Below are positions 40,734 through 50,894 of a stretch of DNA of 64,000 nucleotides, piece by piece (the stretch's first letter is position 1; each line of letters begins with the position of its first letter). Source of the DNA: Myxococcales bacterium. GTDB taxonomy: Bacteria; Myxococcota_A; Polyangia; Polyangiales; DASUME01. The stretch is taken from NCBI GenBank assembly GCA_047601445.1, contig JASGJH010000001.1, forward strand, positions 7,936,001 to 8,000,000, written 5' to 3'. Both the position numbers and the translations under genes were made by a program. Below the pieces are notes generated by a model that had not been told where the DNA came from, made no database searches, and saw only the letters and a list, made by a program, of their open reading frames with translations.

Positions 40734-43154
40734 CTAGGGCGCGACGGAACCGAGCTGCTCCATCATGAACGTGCTCGGATCGACCACGTCAGGCGGCAAC
40801 GCCGTCTCCTTGGGGAGCGTTCCCTCGAGGAAGTACTCCTCCACCGCGTTCGGTTGTCCGTCGTAGGCCAGCTTGCCACTGGCGGGATCGATGCGCGCCA
40901 TGGCCACGCCGCTCGGCATCGGAAAGTCCTCCACAGGAGCTTTGTCGTGGGCCTTCTTCATCAGCTCGATCCAAATCGGCAGCGCGCTCTTGGCGCCGCT
41001 CTCCTTGGTCCCGAGCGGGCGATGGTCGTCGTAGCCCACCCACACACCCGCCACGAGCTGCGTGGTGAACCCGACGAACCAAGCGTCGCGCGCCTGGTTG
41101 CTGGTGCCCGTCTTGCCCGCCGCCGGGCGTCCGAGGCTCTTGGCCTTCACCGCAGTGCCCTCTTCGACCACGCTCTTCATGAGGCTGGTGGTCACGAACG
41201 CCTCCGCCGGCGTCAGCACGTCGCGCGCGGGCTCGGGGCGCGGCAGCTTCACGAGCTTGCCCTTGGCGTCCACGATGCGCTTCACCAGCGTCAGCGGTGC
41301 GTAGCGGCCACCCGCGGCGAAGCTGGCGTAGGCGTTGGTGAGCTCGGACAGGCGCACCTCGCTCGCGCCCAACGCCAAGGCCAGGCTCGGGTCGAGCGGC
41401 GTGGTGATGCCGAGCTGCCTCGCGAAGTCCACCACGGCTTGCGGTCCGAGCTCGTCCATCACACGCACCGCCACCGAGTTGATCGAGTTCGCCAGGCCAT
41501 GACGCAAGCGCACCGCGCCCTCGTAGGACCAGGTCTCGTAGTTGCCCGGCTTGTACTTGTCGTAAGCGCCCGGGGCGTCGAGCACCTGCGTGGCAGGCGT
41601 GAACTTGCGGGACTTGAGCCCCACCGCATAGACCACGGGCTTGAACGTGCTGCCGGGCTGGCGCAGCGCCTGGGTGGCCCGGTTGAAGCCCTGTACGACC
41701 TCGTAGCCCCCCACCATCGCGCGAATCTCACGGCTGCGCGGGTCGACCAGGATGGTGGCCCCCTCCGCACCCAGCGCGAGGCGGACCTCCGCGGGCTTGC
41801 CCTCGGGCAGTGCGCTCAGGCTGGCGCGCAGCTTGACCCCGGGCTTGGCGAACTCCGAAGCCGGCAGGCCCTTGGGGTTGAAGCGTCCGAGCTCGCTGAT
41901 GCTCGCGCGCGCGAGCACGCCCTCGAGGGAGAGCGCTAGATGCGCCTCGTCGGCCGCTCCGAGCACCACGGCGTCGTAGGTGGCGCCGGGTTTGAGTTCC
42001 TTGCGGTGCGGATGATCCCAGCTGCTCTCCGCGGTCAACGCCTTGAGCGCCTTCTCGGGCAACAGATTTCCCTCGAGCGGCGCCACGTTGTGATGTCGAG
42101 CATCGAGATCGCGCAGGCCCGAGCGTAGCGCGTCGCGCGCAGTCTCCTCGAGCGCCAGGTCCAGCGTGGTCGTCACCGTGTAGCCACCCAGATCGGCTGC
42201 CTCTTTACCCACCGCATCGATCAACGCTTGCTTGGCCAGTTGCGCGACCTCGGGGGCTCGCGGTGCGAGCTCGGAAAGTGGCGCCAGTGCAGGCTCCGCC
42301 AGCTTGGCCTTCTCGATCTCCGAGCGCGGCAGATCCTCCCAGTACAGGTCGTGTTTGCTCTCGAGCTGCGAGAGTACGAACATCTGACGTCGACGCGCCG
42401 CTTCGGGATGGGTGCGCGGTGACAGGTAGGTCGGAGACTGCGGGATGCCGGCGATCAGCGAGGCTTCGGAGAGGTTCAGCTGCGACACGTCCTTGCCGAA
42501 GTAGAAGCGCGCCGCTTCCTGTACTCCGTAGCGCCCGTGACCGAAGTTGATGTGGTTCAAGTACAGAAAGAGGATCTCGTCCTTCTTGAGCTCCTGCTCC
42601 AGTTTGCGCGCCAAGATCAGCTCGCGGACCTTACGCGCCAAGGTGCGCTCGGGCGTCAACAACAGGTTCTTCACGACCTGCTGCGTGATGGTGCTGCCCC
42701 CCTGGGTGGCCTTGCCGCGCACCACTGCCTTGAACAGGATGCGCACCAGGCTCGGCAAATCCATGCCGCCGTGGTGGTAGAAGTCTGCGTCTTCGGCGGC
42801 CAGCACGCTGAGCACGAGCACGCGCGGGATCTTCGACATGGGCACCACCGTGCGTCGCTCGCTGAAGATCTCGGCGATCAAGGCACCCTGTCGATCGACC
42901 ACGCGCGTGGTCTGGGCCGGCTGATAGTTGCGCAGCGCATCGGCGCTCGGCAGGTCGCGTCCGAAGTACCACAGCATGAAGGCGAGCCCCACACCGGCGA
43001 GGCTGGTGAGGAACACGGTCGCGGCCAGGATGCCCAGCACCACGCGTTGCCAGGTTGGGCGCGGCGCGCGCTTCTTGCCCGCGCTCACTCGCCCCGAGGC
43101 GGTGGTGGCTGACTTGGCTTTCTTCCCGGTGCTCGACTTCGGCATCGACGCCAC
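40734..43154 (-). CDS. mrcA: Class A penicillin-binding protein 1A
   Basis: EDADF, GGSTITQQ, RKVRE, YLN, STFK, SIN, KTGT. Confidence 0.92.
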   Translation of the reverse strand: MASMPKSSTGKKAKSATTASGRVSAGKKRAPRPTWQRVVLGILAATVFLTSLAGVGLAFMLWYFGRDLPSADALRNYQPAQTTRVVDRQGALIAEIFSERRTVVPMSKIPRVLVLSVLAAEDADFYHHGGMDLPSLVRILFKAVVRGKATQGGSTITQQVVKNLLLTPERTLARKVRELILARKLEQELKKDEILFLYLNHINFGHGRYGVQEAARFYFGKDVSQLNLSEASLIAGIPQSPTYLSPRTHPEAARRRQMFVLSQLESKHDLYWEDLPRSEIEKAKLAEPALAPLSELAPRAPEVAQLAKQALIDAVGKEAADLGGYTVTTTLDLALEETARDALRSGLRDLDARHHNVAPLEGNLLPEKALKALTAESSWDHPHRKELKPGATYDAVVLGAADEAHLALSLEGVLARASISELGRFNPKGLPASEFAKPGVKLRASLSALPEGKPAEVRLALGAEGATILVDPRSREIRAMVGGYEVVQGFNRATQALRQPGSTFKPVVYAVGLKSRKFTPATQVLDAPGAYDKYKPGNYETWSYEGAVRLRHGLANSINSVAVRVMDELGPQAVVDFARQLGITTPLDPSLALALGASEVRLSELTNAYASFAAGGRYAPLTLVKRIVDAKGKLVKLPRPEPARDVLTPAEAFVTTSLMKSVVEEGTAVKAKSLGRPAAGKTGTSNQARDAWFVGFTTQLVAGVWVGYDDHRPLGTKESGAKSALPIWIELMKKAHDKAPVEDFPMPSGVAMARIDPASGKLAYDGQPNAVEEYFLEGTLPKETALPPDVVDPSTFMMEQLGSVAP

Positions 43155-43247
43155 ACAGGATACCCCGAGCCCCCGCCTTCAGCCGAGTTCAGGACGCGAA
43201 TTTTGATCCCCGTTCACGGTTCGTATGACCCTTGAATCAAGGTACTT

Positions 43248-43334
43248 CGTGAGCGCAGCGAACCTCGCGGCGGGGTGGGACCCACAGTACGGCTTTGCCG
43301 CGCTGGGCGGGGAGGGCGCGTGCTCTCCCCGTTG
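43248..43334 (+). repeat. Dispersed repeat family A copy
   Basis: CGTGAGCGCAGCGAACCTCGCGGCGGGGTGGG..GGCTTTGCCG..GGGCGGGGAGGGCGCGTGCTCTCCCCG. Confidence 0.88.
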
Positions 43335-43856
43335 TCAACGCACGCTGACGCCGACGATGAGCGTACCGCCCTCGTGCTTCTGGCCGGCCACGAAGAAGGG
43401 ATCGCCGGGGGCCGCCACCACCGTCATCACCGGTAAGTAGTCCTGCTGGCCGGGCTTGTTAATGGAGACGCTCACGCGATAACCGCCGCTTGGGCTGCGT
43501 TCCAGCACCGAGAGCTTGAGCTTGCGCCCGTTGGGCAGCTCCACTTCCTGGGAGGACCCGATGCCGATCGTGAGGTCGACCTTCTTGAGCAGCGCTTTCT
43601 TGGGAAATGCGTCGAAGGGCGCCTTCTTGAGGGCCTCGATCTTCTCGAGCTCGGGCGATACCCCCGAGCCTTCGGTATGACCCAAGATGATGGTGACCTC
43701 TGCCCGCGCGGCAGCGGGCTGGGCCGGCGGCGCATCGGCGTGCGCGAGGCTGCCCGGTACCGCCGAACTCAGGGCGAGCAGCAGCGTACTGGCGATCAAA
43801 GCGCGCCGCGAGAGCACGGTCGGCAGCAACGGTGCAGAGTGGCGGGCTCCAATCAC
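43335..43856 (-). CDS. Exported hypothetical protein, third gene of the ECF operon
   Basis: SRRALI twin-Arg-like signal plus AHA cleavage site; GTGA overlap with anti-sigma stop. Confidence 0.7.
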   Translation of the reverse strand: MIGARHSAPLLPTVLSRRALIASTLLLALSSAVPGSLAHADAPPAQPAAARAEVTIILGHTEGSGVSPELEKIEALKKAPFDAFPKKALLKKVDLTIGIGSSQEVELPNGRKLKLSVLERSPSGGYRVSVSINKPGQQDYLPVMTVVAAPGDPFFVAGQKHEGGTLIVGVSVR

Positions 43857-44440
43857 TGGGGCTCCTCCTCTTCGTCGTCCGCGATCCATACCACGGCCGT
43901 GGCCACCCCTTCGCTGTCGATCTCGAACACGGTGCCCGTGCTGTTGCCGAAGTCCACGTTCTCCACACGCGTGCCGTGCAAGCTAGGCGCGCTCGGTGCT
44001 TCCTCGTTCGGGCCGAGCTCCGCCACGCGGGTTCTCTCGCGCTTCTGGGCCGAGCGCGCAGTCTCGTCGTCGCTACCGCTCGGGTTGAGCGCGAAGATGG
44101 CCACTGCGGCGGCCGCGGCCACGGCCGCGAGCGGCAGGAGCAGGCGGCGCTGACTCGATGCCCACTCGCCAGCGACCACGCGCAACCGAGCTCCGGTGCC
44201 CTGCGCGTCGTCGGTTCGAATCTGCTGCTCGATGTTGGCGAACATGGCGTCCGAGTCCAGGCCACTCGCTGCGTCCTCGGCGGCGATCTTGAACAGGGCG
44301 CTCAGCCGCTCCAGCTCCCGCAGACGCTTCTGCGCCGACGGGTCCTGGGCGATCCGCGATTGCACGGCGCGCTCTTCGACGGGCGACAGGTCGCCGTCGT
44401 AGAAGCGTTGCAGGGTCTCGTCATCAAGCTCTATCGACAT
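43853..44440 (-). CDS. Membrane anti-sigma factor (ASD-like, no Zn ligands)
   Basis: LQRFYDGDLSPVE N-terminus, one TM helix, overlaps ECF gene. Confidence 0.8.
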   Translation of the reverse strand: MSIELDDETLQRFYDGDLSPVEERAVQSRIAQDPSAQKRLRELERLSALFKIAAEDAASGLDSDAMFANIEQQIRTDDAQGTGARLRVVAGEWASSQRRLLLPLAAVAAAAAVAIFALNPSGSDDETARSAQKRERTRVAELGPNEEAPSAPSLHGTRVENVDFGNSTGTVFEIDSEGVATAVVWIADDEEEEPQ

Positions 44441-45152
44441 CTTGCTCGTCTTCGTGCTGGTCGTCCTGGGGCTTGAGCTCGCCTTCCACGTAGTCGGCGA
44501 GGGCGGTCTGCATCTTGCGGCGCGCGTGGAACAGACGACTCATGATCGTCCCCTTCGGCACCTTCATGATCTGCGCGATCTCTTCGTAGCTCAAGCCCTC
44601 GACCTCACGCAGCAGGATGCACTGTCGGTGGATCTCGGGGAGCGTGCCCAGGGCGCCCTGGATCTTGCTCGCGAGCTCCTTGCGTGAGTGGGTCTTGCCC
44701 GGGTCGGAGTTGGTGAGCACCGGGGCCAGGTTCATCGGGTCTTCGATCTCGTCGTCGCGCTTGAGCGACTCGTCGAAGTCCACTTGGCGGGCCACCTTCT
44801 TGCGCCGCAGATGGTCGATCGCAAGGTTCATGGTGATCCTGTAGAGCCAGGTGTAGAAGCTCGAGGCTCCCTGGAAGGTCGCCAGGTGGCGGTGGACCTT
44901 GACGAAGGCCTCCTGCACCACGTCATGGGCATCCGAGGGGTTCTTGACCACGCCAAGTGCGACCGCGAACACTCTGCGGTGGTACTTGTCGAAGAGCTGG
45001 CGAAACGCCGTGCGGTCTCCCTGCTGAGCTCGTCGCACGAGGGTGAGATCATCATCGCCGGCTGCCGTGTTCGCACCTTGCTCGGACGAGGCGCCAAGCG
45101 GGCCATTCACCGCCGTCGCTCCCTGCGCGTCCTTGGATCCCGCCCCACTCAT
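44424..45152 (-). CDS. ECF sigma-70 factor
   Basis: [40 protein letters not shown]. Confidence 0.95.
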   Translation of the reverse strand: MSGAGSKDAQGATAVNGPLGASSEQGANTAAGDDDLTLVRRAQQGDRTAFRQLFDKYHRRVFAVALGVVKNPSDAHDVVQEAFVKVHRHLATFQGASSFYTWLYRITMNLAIDHLRRKKVARQVDFDESLKRDDEIEDPMNLAPVLTNSDPGKTHSRKELASKIQGALGTLPEIHRQCILLREVEGLSYEEIAQIMKVPKGTIMSRLFHARRKMQTALADYVEGELKPQDDQHEDEQDVDRA

Positions 45153-45268
45153 TTGGCTTCCCGTTGTAGCACGATGCCTATCGAAACCTGCGCAAGGAAC
45201 CAACTTTGCCACGCTCGGTGTGCCGGCCCACCCCGGCCCGGAGCAGGCTGCTAGAGTGCGCCCGACCC

Positions 45269-47683
45269 ATGCTTGATCTGTCGCGGTTAAACCCTCCTCA
45301 GCGTGCTGCTGTCCTGCACGGCGACGGCCCCCTGGTGGTCTTCGCAGGAGCCGGCAGCGGCAAAACACGGGTGATCACCTATCGGATCGCGCACCTGGTG
45401 GGAGAACGAGACGTCCCCGCCGACCGCATCCTGGCGGTCACCTTCACGAACAAGGCTGCCGGAGAGATGCGCGCACGCATCGCCAGCATCCTCTCCGGGC
45501 CCACCAACCCCTGGATTGGGACCTTCCATTCGATCTGCTCCCGATTGCTGCGGCGCTATGCGGGCGAGCTGGGTATCAACCCACAGTTTGTTATCTACGA
45601 TGATACAGATCAGAAGGCGATGCTCACGCGGGTCCTGCGCGACCTCGACATCGATGAGCGCCGCTTTCCGCCCCGCGAGATGGCGCGCTTCATCGAACAG
45701 CAGAAGCAGAAGCTCGTGAAGCCCGAGGAGGTCAGCGTGCGGGCGGCCCACGAGGAGGTCGCCCAGCGCGTCTACGCGACCTACGAGGAGCGCATGCAGC
45801 AGTCGGGGGCACTCGACTTCAACGACTTGCTGGTGCGCATGGTCTACGGCCTACGCAGCAACGAGGTCGTGCGCTTCGATCTGCAGCGCAAGTGGCACTA
45901 CATCCTGGTGGACGAGTTTCAGGACACCAACCTGGTGCAGCTCGAGCTCGTCCGCCTGTTGTCGGAGAAGTACCGCAATTTGTGCGTGGTGGGCGACGAC
46001 GATCAGTCCATTTACAAGTGGCGCGGCGCCGATCGACGCAACATCCTCGATTTCCAGCGCTCCTTCCCGGACGCTGCGGTGGTCAAGCTCGAGCAGAACT
46101 ACCGTTCCTCGGCGCACATCCTGGCGGCCGCGATGGCCGTCATCAGCAAGAACAGCGAGCGCGAACCGAAGAACCTGTTCACGGAGAACCCGCCCGGGGC
46201 CAAGGTGCGCCTGATCACCTGCGCCGACGAGCGCGACGAAGCGCGCGCCATCACCGAGGCCGTGCGTAGCCTGCGCGATCACGGCATCTCGCTTTCGAAG
46301 ATGGCCATCTTCTACCGAACTCACGCCCAGAGTCGCGTGCTCGAAGAAGAGATGCGCGCCTCGAACTTGCCGTACCGCGTGGTCGGGGGACAGCGTTTCT
46401 ACGAGCGCGCCGAGGTGAAGGACGTGCTCGCCTACCTGCGCGTCCTGGTGAACCCGCAGGACGACGTGAGCCTGCTGCGCATCATCAACACGCCGACGCG
46501 TGGCATCGGCAAGACGACCATCGACAAACTGCTCGACCTGTCGGCGCAAGCCGGGCAACCCGTGTGGAATACGCTGGTGGATCCGGGCACCATCGACGGC
46601 TTCCCCAAGGCAGCCTCGAGCAAGCTCGCGGCGTTCGTGGGATTGATCCGCGGGCTCACCGACAAGGTGGTTTCCGGGATGGGACCGGCGTCGGTGGTCG
46701 ACGCGGTGCTCGAGGAGACGGGCTACTTGACGCTGCTGCGCGCGGAGGACAACGCCGAGGCCGACGGGCGCATCGAGAACATCGAAGAGCTCGTGGCCTC
46801 GATGCGGGAGTTCGAGAACGAAGCCGAAATCGCGACCCTGGCGCAATACCTCGAGCTCATCACGCTGCAGACCAACGCCGACGAGATCGACGCCAGCGAG
46901 AAGCTGACCTTGATGACGGTGCACGCCGCCAAGGGCCTCGAGTTCCCGGTGGTGTGGGTGGCCGGCCTCGAAGAGCGCATTTTCCCCCTCTCGCGCGAGC
47001 AGAGCCTGAGCAATGCGGATCTGGAGGAGGAGCGGCGGCTCGCCTACGTGGCGTTCACGCGCGCGGAGCAGCGGTTGTTCTTGAGCTACGCGTGCGCGCG
47101 GCGCTTGCACGGCGACATGCTCCTCGGCATCCCTTCGCGCTTCCTGGACGAGATTCCTGGCGAGCATCTGGAGCTCGTGTCCCGCGTCGAGCGCCATCGC
47201 AGCTACGGTGTGCAGCAAGTGCAGTACGGGCGCCTCTCGACCTACGACGAGGGCAGCTCACGCACCGAATACGACGAGCAGCCCAAGGCCCGCCCGCGCA
47301 GCAGCGACGCGCGCTTCCAGATTCCGGACGTCGAGGTCTCCAGGCCGGCCCCGTCCCCGCAGCAGTTCAGTCGGGCTCGGCCCCAGTTCACGCGCAGCGC
47401 CCCGCGTCCTGCGGCGTCCCAGCGAAGTGCGCCCCAGGCGGCTTTCACGGGCGTGCGCGGCGGTGGCTCGAGCCCCGAGCGAGCCCGCGGCGAGTCCTAC
47501 GTGGATCGCTCGGACGGCGACGGCGGCGGCGGGGAGCTCGCCAGCGGCATGCACGTGCGCCACGCCAAGTACGGCGAAGGCGAGGTGCTGAGCGTGGAGG
47601 CTGGGCGTCCGCCCAAGGTCACCGTGCGGTTCGCAGGCTGGGGCGTGAAGCAGATTTTGGCGAGCTACCTGGAGCCCGGCTGA
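45269..47683 (+). CDS. pcrA: ATP-dependent helicase PcrA/UvrD with C-terminal Tudor-like domain
   Basis: All SF1 motifs; C-terminal GMHVRHAKYGEGEV. Confidence 0.92.
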   Translation: MLDLSRLNPPQRAAVLHGDGPLVVFAGAGSGKTRVITYRIAHLVGERDVPADRILAVTFTNKAAGEMRARIASILSGPTNPWIGTFHSICSRLLRRYAGELGINPQFVIYDDTDQKAMLTRVLRDLDIDERRFPPREMARFIEQQKQKLVKPEEVSVRAAHEEVAQRVYATYEERMQQSGALDFNDLLVRMVYGLRSNEVVRFDLQRKWHYILVDEFQDTNLVQLELVRLLSEKYRNLCVVGDDDQSIYKWRGADRRNILDFQRSFPDAAVVKLEQNYRSSAHILAAAMAVISKNSEREPKNLFTENPPGAKVRLITCADERDEARAITEAVRSLRDHGISLSKMAIFYRTHAQSRVLEEEMRASNLPYRVVGGQRFYERAEVKDVLAYLRVLVNPQDDVSLLRIINTPTRGIGKTTIDKLLDLSAQAGQPVWNTLVDPGTIDGFPKAASSKLAAFVGLIRGLTDKVVSGMGPASVVDAVLEETGYLTLLRAEDNAEADGRIENIEELVASMREFENEAEIATLAQYLELITLQTNADEIDASEKLTLMTVHAAKGLEFPVVWVAGLEERIFPLSREQSLSNADLEEERRLAYVAFTRAEQRLFLSYACARRLHGDMLLGIPSRFLDEIPGEHLELVSRVERHRSYGVQQVQYGRLSTYDEGSSRTEYDEQPKARPRSSDARFQIPDVEVSRPAPSPQQFSRARPQFTRSAPRPAASQRSAPQAAFTGVRGGGSSPERARGESYVDRSDGDGGGGELASGMHVRHAKYGEGEVLSVEAGRPPKVTVRFAGWGVKQILASYLEPG

Positions 47684-47684
47684 A

Positions 47685-47948
47685 TCATTCGTCCGAGCTG
47701 CTCTTGGTGGACTTGGACTCCGACTTGGATTCGCCCGAGTCGCTCTTCTTGCTGCTGCCCTTGCTGGTGCTGCCGTAGCCGTCGGCGTACCAGCCGCCGC
47801 CCTTGAGCATGAAGTTCCCGCCCGAGATCAGGCGCTTGGCCTTGAGTTTGCCGCACTTGGGGCACTTCTTGACCGGGTTCTCGCTGATGCGTTGCTCGAG
47901 TTCCCAGGTCTTTCCGCAGGCTTCGCAACCGTATTCGTACGTCGGCAT
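47685..47948 (-). CDS. FmdB-family zinc-ribbon protein
   Basis: MPTYEYGCEACG..CPKCG..LKGGGWY. Confidence 0.9.
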   Translation of the reverse strand: MPTYEYGCEACGKTWELEQRISENPVKKCPKCGKLKAKRLISGGNFMLKGGGWYADGYGSTSKGSSKKSDSGESKSESKSTKSSSDE

Positions 47949-48035
47949 TCGTGACTCCGAGCGGAGATTTAAGGCCGCTCGAGGGCATGTCAAGACGCAC
48001 ACAATTGGCGATTCTTCCGTCCCTTCAAAGCCGGA

Positions 48036-48078
48036 CGCCCGTGTCCGACGCGGGAGATCGCGTACGGGCACGGGCGCG
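48036..48078. repeat. GTGCCC-type hairpin downstream of dsbA, related to the 14309 inverted repeats
   Basis: CGCCCGTGTCCGACGCG-ggagat-CGCGTACGGGCACGGGCG. Confidence 0.55.
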
Positions 48079-48115
48079 GGCACGTTTACGGGGAGCCCTG
48101 AGGGGGCCCGTCCGG

Positions 48116-50117
48116 TCACTTGGCCTTGAGGGCCCCGTCGATCACTTCCTTGAAGCGCTCCACGGGCTGGGCGCCCTGCAGCAGCTTGCCATTGATGAAG
48201 AACGAGGGCGTTCCGATGCGCGCCCCCGCCTTTTCGACAGCCTCGATGTCCGCCTTCACGCGGGCTTCGTGGGTGTGGTTGTCGAGCGCAGCCTTGAACT
48301 TGGCCATGTTGATGCCGCCGACCTGCTCGGCGTACTTCTCGAGGTCCTCACGCGTGAGCGCGCGCTGGTTGGCGAAGAGGATGTCGTGGAAGGCCCAGAA
48401 CTTGTCGGAGCCGCCCTGCTCGTAGACTTCGATCGCCGCCTCGGCAGCCGGCTGGGCTTCCTTGTGGAAAGGCAGCGGGTAGTTGCGCCAGACGATCTTG
48501 ATCTTGTCCTTGTACTCGTCCATCAGCTGCTTGACGGTGGGGTTCACGCGTCCGCAGAAGGGGCACTGGAAGTCGCTGAACTCCTGGATCACGACCTTGG
48601 CGGCCTTGCCGCCCTTGAAGGGCGCGTCCTTGGCGGCCGCGATCTCGTAGATTCTTGTTCTCATCGGGGGCACCAGCTGCAGCGGGAGCGGCGGCGGGCT
48701 TGGTGGCGCCGTCCTTGATGATCTCTTCGTAGAGCTTGGCCTTGGACGTGCCGGACTCCACCTTGGCCTTGGCCTTGGCGAGCTCCTCGTCGATCAGCTT
48801 CTCGAATGCGGGCTTGGGCTGGGCGCCGCGCAGGCTGCGGCCGTTGATGAAGAACGAGGGCGTGCCGGAGGCACCGAGACCGCGCGCGAGCGCCTGGCTC
48901 TCTTCGATCTTCGCCTTGTAGGTGCTGTTGTCGAGGGCCGTGGCGACCTTCTTGGCGTTGAGGCCGAGCTGCTTGGCGTAGTTTTCAAGATCGGCGCGCG
49001 TGAGGGCGCGCTGGTTGGTGAACAGGAGGTCGTGGGCTTCCCAGAACTTCTTGGAGCCCCCCTCGGCGAATGCCTCTTGAGCGAGCTGAGCGGCGGGGCC
49101 GGCGTCGTTGTGGAAGGGGAGGGGGTTGTCCTTCCAGATCACGCGCAGGTCGTTGCCGTACTTCTGGACGAGCTCGGTCACGGTGGGCTCCACGCGCGAG
49201 CAGAACGGGCACTGGTAATCGCTGAAGATCACCATGGTGACGAGGGCGTCGGCGGGCCCCTTCGAGGGATCCTTGTCGTTGACGGGGACCTTGTACACGG
49301 TCTTGTCATCAGCAGGCGGCTGGGCAGGACGGTCGGCAGCGGCAGCGGCCTTGGCCTTGGCGTTGGCCATCAGCGTGGCGTAGAGGCTCGCGGCGGGCAC
49401 GCCCTTGGCCTTGAGCTTGTCGGCGCGCTTGATCTCGTCGTCGATGATCTCCTTGAACTTCTCCACGGGCTGGGCGCCGCGCAGCGGACGGCCGTTGATG
49501 AAGAAGGAGGGGGTGCCGCGAGCGCCCACGTCGGCGGCCAGTGCCTGGTCGGCCGCGATGGACTTCTCGTGCTTCTTGCTGTCGAGAGCAGCCTTGAACT
49601 TGTTCATGTCGAGCCCGAGTTCCTGGGCGTACTTCTCGAGGTCGGGACGCGTGAGCGCCGAGCGATTCTCGAAGAGCTTGTCGTGCATGGCCCAGAACTT
49701 GGGAGCCTTGCCCTGATCGAAGGCTTCCATGGCAGCCTGGGCGGCGGGCCCGGCGTTCTGGTGGAAGGGGAGGGGCTGGTTGCGCCATACGACGCGCACC
49801 TTCTTGCCGTAGTCCTTCTCGATCTGAGCGAGCGTGGGACCCACGCGACCGCAGAAGGGGCACTCGAAGTCGCTGAACTCCACGATGGTCACGAGCGCGT
49901 CGCTCGGGCCCTTCTGGGGCTGCGCGGCCGTGACGGGCACCTTGAAGCGCTCCGGTGCGTCCTCTTCCTGGACGCCAGCAACGGCGCCCGCGCCCTCGGC
50001 CTGTTCGGCACTCACGTCGGCGATTTCGCCGCCGCCCTTATTCGCCGTCACTTGACCGAGTACAAACCCGATCACCGCGGCGATGATAGTCATCACGATG
50101 GCTGATCCCTTACTCAT
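48116..50117 (-). CDS. DsbA-family protein with three thioredoxin domains; +1 frameshift near 48652
   Basis: Three D(F/Y)(E/Q)CPFC sites and three GTPSFFING cis-Pro loops; removing one base gives a 666-aa ORF; strong RBS GAGGAG. Confidence 0.9.
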
Positions 50118-50342
50118 ATTCTCTCCTCAGGCCACGGCCTAAGCCGTGGCGCTCTGAAACCACAGTTCGATGTCGAAATGGCGAATTGTCGGGGCCGGTT
50201 GAGCCTCGGACCTCAGCTCTCCGCAGCGGGGCAGGCCGGCGGCGGACGGAGGGCGGATCGCAGCTGCGATCGCAACCTCACGGGCGAGTTCCGAAGACGC
50301 ACGAGTCGACGCGCTGACATGCGCGCGACGCAGCGACCGGCT

Positions 50343-50798
50343 TCAGGCGCGGGGTGGGCGCTCGAGGCGTGTCGGGTCGAGCGAGCGCGGGCGATCGACG
50401 GGGGCGGGGCGCTGCCAACTGGGCAGCGTCCAGGCGAGCCGCTCGGGCATGGGGAGCGCGAGGCTCCACAGCGCGAGCGGGGCGGTGTCCCCGAGTTCGA
50501 TATGGCCCGACGCAGGAAGCGCCGGCAGGCAAAGGGGTGAGCTGGGATCGGCACACCACAGGAGCTCAGCGCCGCTGAGGGGACCCTCGTCGCGGGCACA
50601 GCTCATCAGGGTGGTCTGGCTGCGCTCGAGGTCCCGCAGACTCAACGGGGTGGAGCCTTCACGCACGCCCGCGAAACCGAGGCACGCGATCACGGTCGTG
50701 AGGATCAGCGTTGCCCCCAGCAACGAGATCATCACGCTTGCAGGCGAGCTCGCCCACTTGGACCTGTTCGTGGAAGTAACCATCGAACTGTGCGGCAT
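50343..50798 (-). CDS. Membrane-anchored hypothetical protein ending in LERPPRA
   Basis: N-terminal hydrophobic helix, WCADPSSPLC, Pro-rich C-terminus; fills the gap and is co-oriented with neighbours. Confidence 0.6.
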   Translation of the reverse strand: MPHSSMVTSTNRSKWASSPASVMISLLGATLILTTVIACLGFAGVREGSTPLSLRDLERSQTTLMSCARDEGPLSGAELLWCADPSSPLCLPALPASGHIELGDTAPLALWSLALPMPERLAWTLPSWQRPAPVDRPRSLDPTRLERPPRA

Positions 50799-50894
50799 TC
50801 TACACCCGAGGTGCCCCGTAGCAACAATCCAGAAATGGACCGTCTGGCACCCAACGCTCGATTCGGCCGCCCTATTCCGAACGGCCGATCAGCT

